Shown here: positions 32,763-39,977 of the stretch, piece by piece
Layout of the letters: each line of letters starts with the position of its first letter
Position numbering within the stretch: position 1 is the stretch's first letter
Source of the DNA: an uncultured Candidatus Saccharibacteria bacterium
GTDB lineage: Bacteria > Patescibacteriota > Saccharimonadia > Saccharimonadales > Saccharimonadaceae
Length of the DNA: 64,000 bases
Assembly: GCA_937858705.1 (NCBI GenBank)
Contig: CALLZM010000002.1
Location: 2,046 to 66,045, forward strand
Reading direction: 5' to 3'
Translations under genes and position numbers: made by a program
The notes under the pieces: model-generated
Database searches by the model: none
Told to the model about the DNA's origin: nothing
Seen by the model: only the letters and a program-made list of their open reading frames with translations

Positions 32763-33584
32763 ATGGACCAAGATCCAAGTGAAATAGAGCCCTTCCAGCA
32801 ACAGATTATGCTCGAAAATCTGGGCTATTCTTTAAAAAGTGTCCACGAAGCGGTCACTGATCCATTCGCACCCCCCCCCTCGACAGTCGAAACCTCACTA
32901 TTCGTTCCAAGCAGTGAAATAAGACAGGCAACTGGCCGGTATGGTTTTGCCCTATCGACACTCTTAGATAAGAACAATATATGGCAAGAGTTAGGTCTCG
33001 CACATGCCTCTCTCAGTTTCCAAAAAAATGGCTCTACCATAACATTGCATCGACCGCCGAATCGTTCAAGATGGCAACTATCGGAAAATGGCCTCGGCAG
33101 CAGAGCTATTCCATTTGATAGTGTTGCTGCACTCGCTCTGCCAATATTTAAACACCCGAACGATATCACACGGAACCTTCTCGATGAAAGAGTGAATGAG
33201 CAAACCATGCTTGATGCACTTGGACAACAAGCAAGAGACAGTAAAGGGCGAGGAACAGTAGACAGAACATACCTGTTCAAATATCCGTCGACCGGTAATC
33301 ATGTGTACTTCAGGTCTACCGTCGATCAAGATGAAACACCTATCAAATACCGCCTTGGCATTGTAGGAAAATATCATTTGGGAGAAATGGTAGTCACAGA
33401 ACACATCAGAGCCAAGACTCGACTGCCTCACCCCACTAATCATCTACGACAAACCGATACTTCTGTGGAGTTTAAGCAAAAAATCGATTGCGGAAACGGT
33501 CGAAGCAGAAAACCCTCCGATTATAATACCCTAGAAAATATCATCATAGCTCTCGCCGAGGCGGCGAAGCGCATATCCGCCTAA
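32763..33584 (+). CDS. hypothetical protein carrying an in-frame C9 tract
   Basis: 273-aa ORF with no recognisable domain. Codons 37-39 (PPP) are the C9 run. Confidence 0.55.
   Translation: MDQDPSEIEPFQQQIMLENLGYSLKSVHEAVTDPFAPPPSTVETSLFVPSSEIRQATGRYGFALSTLLDKNNIWQELGLAHASLSFQKNGSTITLHRPPNRSRWQLSENGLGSRAIPFDSVAALALPIFKHPNDITRNLLDERVNEQTMLDALGQQARDSKGRGTVDRTYLFKYPSTGNHVYFRSTVDQDETPIKYRLGIVGKYHLGEMVVTEHIRAKTRLPHPTNHLRQTDTSVEFKQKIDCGNGRSRKPSDYNTLENIIIALAEAAKRISA
32871..32879 (+). repeat. homopolymer C9 inside a CDS
   Basis: gca ccc ccc ccc tcg read directly. Confidence 0.9.
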
Positions 33585-33594
33585 AAACTAAGTT

Positions 33595-34446
33595 CTATCG
33601 GCGTGCTTGCTCACTCAAAAATTTGCTGAGGTCTTCTGCTGTATCTTTTGCATTGGCTTCTTTAGCGTGCTTTTCAAAGTTGGAACGAAAATCAGCTTGT
33701 GCGTCGCGTATATTCTTTTGTACTTCATACCCCTCGTCACGAAGAGATTTGTATTGTTCGTACTGAGCGCCGTATGGGTTAGTAATCGCCACCATTTTAT
33801 CCATAATCGATGCAAGCCTCTCGCCCTCAGTAACCATGGCTTTCACAAAAGTTTTCACATCATTATCTGGTATGTCACTGGCCTTCTTAAATGCCGATAC
33901 ACACTCATTCTGTGCAGTTGTAGCCGACTTACTACTCGTTATAACACTATTAGCCGCGCTGCAAGCCAGCGATGCCTCACGAATATTGCTTATAGACTTT
34001 ACGGCATCAGAAGTGAAGGTTAGCTGTTCCTCGAGTTTTTTATTAAACTCATCGTATTGCTTTTTACCTTCGCCCACCTTTATGGCTTTTAGCGTAGATA
34101 GCTCCTTGTTTTCTTCGCGTACTTCTTCTATCGCTTCTTCGACTGCCTCTACATCATTTTTAAATTGAGTGTCGGTCGATGATGTAAGTCCATATTGCAT
34201 CGATGAAAGCTTTGAGTTCAGGCTAGAGTTTGCGCTCACAACTCCTTCCATCTGATCATATGCCTGACGATACTCCTCTTTCGAGACGGAAAAAAATGAA
34301 CTGACGATAGCGATCGTTATGATCACCAACACTGCCCCGGCAATAATACCGATCATCTTAATAGACTTTTTATCTGGCATCGATGCGCTTGCAGGCGACT
34401 GCCCTGTAGAATCTGGCTGCGGTTTTGGTACTTGTGAATTATTCAT
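33595..34446 (-). CDS. hypothetical membrane-anchored coiled-coil protein
   Basis: Start at MNNSQ follows SD GAGGAGGAA. One TM (MIGIIAGAVLVIITIAIVSSFF), then a helical Lys/Glu-rich ectodomain. Confidence 0.6.
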   Translation of the reverse strand: MNNSQVPKPQPDSTGQSPASASMPDKKSIKMIGIIAGAVLVIITIAIVSSFFSVSKEEYRQAYDQMEGVVSANSSLNSKLSSMQYGLTSSTDTQFKNDVEAVEEAIEEVREENKELSTLKAIKVGEGKKQYDEFNKKLEEQLTFTSDAVKSISNIREASLACSAANSVITSSKSATTAQNECVSAFKKASDIPDNDVKTFVKAMVTEGERLASIMDKMVAITNPYGAQYEQYKSLRDEGYEVQKNIRDAQADFRSNFEKHAKEANAKDTAEDLSKFLSEQARR

Positions 34447-34529
34447 ACTTTTCCTCCTCAATATCTATCTCAGTACAGCACATTATTTAAGCTAATATTA
34501 AGGTAAAGTATCTCAACTTATGCAATACG

Positions 34530-36584
34530 CTAGCGAACTTTGAACGCATCGATATAGATGTATTTGCCACTCACCTTTTTCACGGTGATAGTATGTTTGC
34601 CCGGCTTCAGACCGCTGCGGGTAAACGATGCGTGTTGGTATTTGCGGTACTTTTTTGGATGCTTGAGGTTGAGGTCGACGCGTGTTGGTGTGCCGCCGTC
34701 GATGCTGACATCTATCACACCTGAGTAATTGTTCGATTCATTGAACGCAGTGATGCTCGTGCCCGTAAAGGTCATGGTCATGGAGTCGCCGTTCTTAGAG
34801 GCACGATGAATCGTCCGACCAAAGTCAGGCGAAGTATCTTTGCGGTTTTTATAGGCATTCCAGCCCGAACCGGTGTATGTGATACGACTATCCATGTCGT
34901 CAATCAGCGTCGTGTCATTGTAAGTGCGTTCGTTGCCAAATGAATCTTTAACGACCAGTTTGTACTGTAGTGAAGTGCCGACCGGGACATCTGTGTCGAC
35001 ATAGGTCCACGATTTCGACTGCCACCAGTTGGCCGTCACCGTCTTTGTCGCTAGTTTGGTGCCGTCGAGGCGATAGAGCACATAGGTCAGTTTGACATTG
35101 TCATTATCGCTCGTCGTATAGACCGTCACTGTGGACTCTTTTTTGCTATTTGCTGGCGTTGCACTTACACCATAGCCAGCGTGGCGATACGGATTTGGCC
35201 CAACTTTGTTTGGCGCCTTGGCTGTAGTCGTAAATCGCACCAGCCCCTGCTGCGGCACACCACCGACCGCTGGGAATTCACCACCAATAGAGAGATAGTC
35301 TGTATTACCAACAATCGTCCAGCCGGCCTGCGCAGAACTACTCTTATTGCCGACGGTAAACTTGGGATACCAGTGAAGCAGTTCGCTGTGGTAATACCCG
35401 TCGAAAATATTCTTTGTCGGAGCTGTCGTTTCAGCAGCAACATGATGAATCGGCTGCAGCTGCGGATACATGTCAGGATACCCGCCGATGGCCGAACATT
35501 CATGTGGATGCCCTACCGAGTAGAGAATACCGCCAACCGGCACAGCGTCGTAGCTGTCGCCCTTGCACGCATTACGCCAGATGATGTTGCCGTTTGATGG
35601 GTTGATAGCCGCTCGTCCTTCAAAAGTACCAGACCCCGTCGCCCCTTGCAGATAGCTAAAGGCCGTGAAATATGCCTGCTTTCCGTCGTAGCTCGCGCTC
35701 GTGAAGCCCATACTGCTATAGGTCAATTCCTTGCCCGGCGCAGGCTTACTTATTTGCATACGGATGGGATAACTCGAGCTCTGGCTAGCCCACTTCACTT
35801 TTTTGGCAGTGTCGAGCTTGACAGCACCCGATGACAGATAGGTGCTGCCGGCAATCTGCGTGAATGCCCCAGTGATGATAAGGTTGTTTTGTTTGGACGC
35901 CACGGTCAACGCCGCCACTCGTGAACCACGCGGACCAGTCACATCTGCCTTCCACTTCGTGTCGAGCTTGCCGTTTGCCAGATACGCCGCCAAGTTGTTC
36001 CGAGGCTGGCCTGCCGCCTTGCTAAAGCCGCCACCGACATAGACTCGCTCGTTCGTCGCGGCTAGGGCCATGACACTATTGCTCGTACCATCAAAGCCTT
36101 TGAGAAGTTTGTTTGTCTTTAGGTCAAACGCGGCGAAATTACTACGAGGCTGGCCATCTACCGTGTCAAAATTACCGCCGACATAGAGCCGCGTGCCGTC
36201 TGGCGAAGCAGTCACCGCAGCGACGACTTTTTGCGATGGCTTTTTTGTAGTGATAGAGTGGACAAACGAGGTATCTAGCACTCCGGTACGGATGTCAAAC
36301 GCGAGGATATTTGTGCGTTTCACAGTGCCTTTTCCACCAAGCGCCACGCCCGCTGGTCGCGCATAGGCGAAGGTTCCGATCGCATAGACTTTGTTACCTA
36401 CCAGCACCTGGTCCCACACCATGCCGTCTACCTGCACAGTTGGTAACGGGTCGGCCGACATCGTAGCCAGTGTTTTACTCGAGGGTGGCGCTGTGTCTGC
36501 TTGTACTGGTGATATAAGTACTATCGCCATACCGATTGCAGCAATCATCACTCCATATTGTTGTACGCGATCACGAAATGACAT
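34530..36584 (-). CDS. secreted beta-propeller repeat protein with C-terminal beta-sandwich (carbohydrate-binding-like) domains
   Basis: 684 aa with a signal peptide (MIAAIGMAIVLISPVQA) and repeated xYVGGxFxxxxGxxRxNxAAxD units. Confidence 0.65.
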   Translation of the reverse strand: MSFRDRVQQYGVMIAAIGMAIVLISPVQADTAPPSSKTLATMSADPLPTVQVDGMVWDQVLVGNKVYAIGTFAYARPAGVALGGKGTVKRTNILAFDIRTGVLDTSFVHSITTKKPSQKVVAAVTASPDGTRLYVGGNFDTVDGQPRSNFAAFDLKTNKLLKGFDGTSNSVMALAATNERVYVGGGFSKAAGQPRNNLAAYLANGKLDTKWKADVTGPRGSRVAALTVASKQNNLIITGAFTQIAGSTYLSSGAVKLDTAKKVKWASQSSSYPIRMQISKPAPGKELTYSSMGFTSASYDGKQAYFTAFSYLQGATGSGTFEGRAAINPSNGNIIWRNACKGDSYDAVPVGGILYSVGHPHECSAIGGYPDMYPQLQPIHHVAAETTAPTKNIFDGYYHSELLHWYPKFTVGNKSSSAQAGWTIVGNTDYLSIGGEFPAVGGVPQQGLVRFTTTAKAPNKVGPNPYRHAGYGVSATPANSKKESTVTVYTTSDNDNVKLTYVLYRLDGTKLATKTVTANWWQSKSWTYVDTDVPVGTSLQYKLVVKDSFGNERTYNDTTLIDDMDSRITYTGSGWNAYKNRKDTSPDFGRTIHRASKNGDSMTMTFTGTSITAFNESNNYSGVIDVSIDGGTPTRVDLNLKHPKKYRKYQHASFTRSGLKPGKHTITVKKVSGKYIYIDAFKVR

Positions 36585-36727
36585 AATTTCTCTCCCATAG
36601 ACACTTAGACAGCTATATTTTATAACTTAAGCGTATTATATCACAAAGTTTATTAAAATGCAATATTTAGCTATAGTCATACTATAGTGACAGGAAATGG
36701 AAGCTTTCGCCCAATAGGCACTGGCGC

Positions 36728-37378
36728 TTACTTGATGGATGTAAGCGCTCGCAGCACCGCTATACCATCCATGGCTTTTTGATTTACCACAGCATCTTCT
36801 GAGCAGGGAGCATGCGGACCTGTATATATCAATGACGAGCCATCGCTATATTTCTTGTAAATCGTCCTGTCCGTATACGGGTCTAAGCTGCTCACTTTAC
36901 TGAAAGCGCCCAGAGGTCCGTTCTCAGAGCCGCAATATTCACCGCCTTGCTGAGTAACATATTTCGTAGAGAAACTCACCGATTCCGCCAGTGAACCATT
37001 TTGCCCCTTTGTAGCTTTATAGCTATAAGTCAAATCACCAAGCGACTCCGGAAGCTCCATAGTTATATCTAGCTCTCGGATATATAATGTTGTCGTATCA
37101 GAAGATTTCTTAGCCGTCTCCTCGGTAGGTTTATTTGCTGCACTACTTTTCAGCTCGGCAATTTGCTTCTCATAGTCACCTATCTTTGTTTGCAATGCCT
37201 GCATATCGCCTGTTTCCGCCACTGGTGCACGATTTTGCATCGCTCCATATACCGAATAGCCGATGCTAGTTAGTGCCAACAGAGCCAAAAGAATAACTCC
37301 AGCTCGCCTTAACCCCTTTCGTTCTTTTTTCTGATTGTTTGGTTCGCTCATTGGTTGTGTGTATTGATTGCTGTCCAT
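36728..37378 (-). CDS. hypothetical membrane-anchored protein
   Basis: MDSNQYTQPMSEPNNQKKERKGLRRAGVILLALLALTSIGYSV... The longest ORF (to 37429) would place the G10 tract inside the CDS. Confidence 0.55.
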   Translation of the reverse strand: MDSNQYTQPMSEPNNQKKERKGLRRAGVILLALLALTSIGYSVYGAMQNRAPVAETGDMQALQTKIGDYEKQIAELKSSAANKPTEETAKKSSDTTTLYIRELDITMELPESLGDLTYSYKATKGQNGSLAESVSFSTKYVTQQGGEYCGSENGPLGAFSKVSSLDPYTDRTIYKKYSDGSSLIYTGPHAPCSEDAVVNQKAMDGIAVLRALTSIK

Positions 37379-37395
37379 GCATTCATAGTAACATA

Positions 37396-37405
37396 CCCCC
37401 CCCCC
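37396..37405 (-). repeat. homopolymer C10 (G10 on the coding strand) in the CTAG-Gn-TAT promoter module
   Basis: Read directly. Flanked on the minus strand by ...tgCTAG and TATGTT. Confidence 0.9.
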
Positions 37406-37450
37406 TAGCAAGATTATCACTAGGGGCATAAAAAAGATAAGGCAGTGCTT

Positions 37451-37702
37451 TTAACTAGACAGCGCTACTGCTATCAATACCCAAACACCTATGTAGGCGA
37501 GTGCGGCAACTGACCAGATCCCCCCAATAACCATGCTTATAGTGCCAAACCTTGCTGGCATATTTGCTGCTTTTGATTTTTTGCGCGATATGGCACCGAG
37601 AATAATGCTAAGCGGAAAAAGACCGATAAAGCTCAGCGCTATGCCGATGATACCGATCGCGTCTCCTGGATTCTTCGTGGGCCGTGATATACTCTCTGAC
37701 AT
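37451..37702 (-). CDS. small DUF4190-like membrane protein
   Basis: MSESISRPTKNPGDAIGIIGIALSFIGLFPLSIILGAISRKKSK... A TATAGT box lies 6 nt upstream of this ATG. Confidence 0.55.
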   Translation of the reverse strand: MSESISRPTKNPGDAIGIIGIALSFIGLFPLSIILGAISRKKSKAANMPARFGTISMVIGGIWSVAALAYIGVWVLIAVALSS

Positions 37703-37779
37703 AGCTTTACTATAACAGATATTTGGTAAAATAAAAGAATATAGCGCCAATACTCCGCACGACATTCTAGTCATATAAG

Positions 37780-38339
37780 CTACAGTACATAATAGCCAGT
37801 GAATCGACAGTCCTCATCATAGCCAGTTTGCGCAAAGTAAGGCTGGCACGGATGCTCATCCTTAAATTCACCAGTAGCTCCTACGGTATAAAGATGCCAT
37901 ACTTTCTCTGCCCAATTCCAATAAGCATAATTGATGACAATTCCATCGAAAGATAGTGCTACATAGATCTTCTGCGTATCAAAGCGAGGAATTTCTCCTA
38001 CGACTAGGTCTGGGTAGCATGATATATCAAATTCTCTTATGCACAATTTTTCAGACAGTCCCGATAGGCCATTCGCTGCAAGAAATTCAGAGCGTGTCAT
38101 CGTAAGATGATGTCCCTCTCCCCCGTATGGAGTAATTGTCGAGTAACCCTGTGGGTGGGTCACTTTATTAGATTTGAGCGTAGTATTGAGACTTTTTTTG
38201 CAGTTGCCGCCATGGATGAGTCTGCTGCTCGATGTTGTATGCCCGTGTAACCTACGATGCCAATAGCGGCAAGAATGGCGATGATGATAATGATTATCAA
38301 GAGTTCGACAATAGTGAATCCGGCTGTGGTTTTCCTCAT
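37780..38339 (-). pseudogene. type IV pilin-like gene split by a frameshift at an A7 tract (pseudogene, phase-OFF allele or -1 PRF)
   Basis: Frame A (38339->38160) gives [59 protein letters not shown]. The 3' 430 nt are open in the -1 frame (ORF 37780..38376). One extra A or a -1 slip joins them. Confidence 0.65.
38193..38199 (-). repeat. homopolymer T7 (A7 on the coding strand) at the pilin frameshift site
   Basis: In frame A it reads gcA AAA AAA Gtc, an X_XXY_YYZ slippery heptamer. Confidence 0.9.
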
Positions 38340-38346
38340 AGATATG

Positions 38347-38376
38347 AGTATACCCCCCCCCTAGCAGTGATGTCAA
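38347..38376 (-). promoter_or_regulatory. promoter TTGACA-18-TATACT with a G9 tract (38353-38361) in the spacer
   Basis: -35 is the reverse complement of 38371-38376 and -10 that of 38347-38352. The -10 lies 7 nt from the pilin ATG. Confidence 0.6.
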
Positions 38377-38439
38377 TATCGTCTTACACTGCCGCGCAGG
38401 TTTTTGAGCTTAAGATTTAGCTATCCCCTTATGGCGCCG

Positions 38440-38610
38440 GACAAAACTTGGTCAACAGTACGCCATACGGCAAACCTATTGTTTTTACCACCATAATATA
38501 TCACTGCCGACTGACCGCTTGCTACAGCTCGTTCGGCATATCAAGGTAAAGAAGGCTCACTCCCGAGAAGTACTCTTCTCCTTTTACAAAGATAGTCGAT
38601 TCTCAGGAGT
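38440..38610 (-). pseudogene. relic of an mnmA-like 3' end
   Basis: 38507-38555 matches mnmA 41977-42026 at about 43 of 50 nt with a 1-nt deletion. Conceptual translation ...SLLYLDMPERAVASGQSAVIYY...DQVLSGAI parallels the MnmA C-terminus SLDKPERAVASGQSAVIYRGDEVLGGGI. Confidence 0.55.
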
Positions 38611-38772
38611 ATTTTATAGTCTTACAAATGCAACAAATAGCACTTTCAATCGCGACATTGCGTCCAATTCAACCTGATACAGCAATCAAGCGCATGAGTT
38701 GTCATCAGACAAAATGCAACCCGATAGCCCTACGCGGCCACACATACCATATCTTGGAGATTTTAGGCTTTA

Positions 38773-39843
38773 TTATTTGCATGCATTCGCATCAGGCTTT
38801 GGTCCACTCCAGGTAGGATACTCCTGACCATAATAGCGCGTCCAAAAGCCCATACTCTTCGCCTGGGCTAGATTCTTTTCTCTGTCCGCCCTCATTTCTT
38901 TGGTAGTGATGTATGCTTTTGCTTTCTTATCATTCACCGCTTTGAGAAGTTTGGCTAATAAGTTTTTACTTTGCCATTGTGATGATTCTTTCAGCTCAAA
39001 CTGTAAGGCTATCCCAGACCTTGCAGCTTGTGCGATAATATCTTCCACTTTGTGAATGTTATAAGTATAGACTTTACCCTTATACTCATGCTTGTGCTCC
39101 AATCGCTTTATAACATTCCAATTCAGATCACCAACCCCTCCCTGTTTCACAGGATTTTTAAGATTGGTATCTACAAAACCCGCCTCATACCCCTTAGCAA
39201 AAACATCGGCAGTGTGAGTAGCCACTATTACGCCATCTTTAGTAACGCGTAAGTCAATGTCGATTCGGGAGAATTTCTTGCCTTCACTTCCCTTAGCATT
39301 CCCTTCAGCAGCATCCTTAACACCCTGCGGAGAGTTTTCATATGCATAAGGAATCTGGGGCTCTCCATTTTTATCTGCTGGAATATGGTATATCTCTCCC
39401 GACGGAGCTTCATTAGGATTCCAATAGCACCCCTTGACCACGCTCACATGAGTGTGAGCAGAAACAACCTTGGAGTCACCTATCATTCCATCGTTATTGC
39501 GAGCTATGATAACAAAGAAGTAAGTGGTACCTTCTTTGAGACTAGTGACTTCCCTTGAAGTACCTTCCGAACTAATAGTAACCGATTTTTCAAACGATGG
39601 TGAAGCCGAATATATCAATGAATAATTCTTGGCCGACTTGTAGGCTTTCCACTGTACTGTGATTGCGTTTTTAGAGTTTGCAGCTACCGTCAGTCCGGTT
39701 ACTTTAGCGGCGCATCCCGCCTTCAGTCTTGGCTCTATAGCGTCTGGTGCATCAACTAGGCATAGCTTCTTCCAAGTTCCTGGACCGACAGTACCGCTAA
39801 CTCCCAGACCTCTTGACTCTTGAAATTTCTTGACAGCTTTCAC
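38773..39843 (-). CDS. PG-binding / fibronectin-III / glycerophosphodiester-phosphodiesterase-like protein, apparently 5'-truncated
   Basis: The ORF begins mid PG_binding_1 domain (VKKFQESRGLGVSGTVGPGTWKKL). The rest of the domain lies upstream behind an in-frame TGA. FN3: ITVQWKAYKSAKNYSLIY...GTTYFFVIIARN. GDPD-like: FSRIDIDLRVTKDGVIVATH. No signal peptide. Confidence 0.55.
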   Translation of the reverse strand: MKAVKKFQESRGLGVSGTVGPGTWKKLCLVDAPDAIEPRLKAGCAAKVTGLTVAANSKNAITVQWKAYKSAKNYSLIYSASPSFEKSVTISSEGTSREVTSLKEGTTYFFVIIARNNDGMIGDSKVVSAHTHVSVVKGCYWNPNEAPSGEIYHIPADKNGEPQIPYAYENSPQGVKDAAEGNAKGSEGKKFSRIDIDLRVTKDGVIVATHTADVFAKGYEAGFVDTNLKNPVKQGGVGDLNWNVIKRLEHKHEYKGKVYTYNIHKVEDIIAQAARSGIALQFELKESSQWQSKNLLAKLLKAVNDKKAKAYITTKEMRADREKNLAQAKSMGFWTRYYGQEYPTWSGPKPDANACK

Positions 39844-39977
39844 TGTCCCTGGTCCATAAGAACCTTCCGCAGAATCAAAGTCAACTCAAATGAAATAACT
39901 CTGCAACAGCGCGTCTGGGCTCTGAGAGATATAAGATTCACCACTGAAAGATGCGTTTTATCAAGTTAGCATATACT

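Noticed and set aside
36585-36727. AT-rich 143-nt gap downstream of the beta-propeller gene as a possible small RNA
   Set aside because: It shows only promoter-like AT-rich sequence, with no stable hairpin or conserved motif that I could identify.
39844-39940. In-frame TGA upstream of the PG-binding ORF as a recoded (Gly/Trp) codon, as in some candidate phyla
   Set aside because: TGA clearly terminates well-conserved genes in this window at their expected C-termini (obg, mnmA). An in-frame TAA follows a few codons further upstream, so recoding would not rescue an N-terminus.
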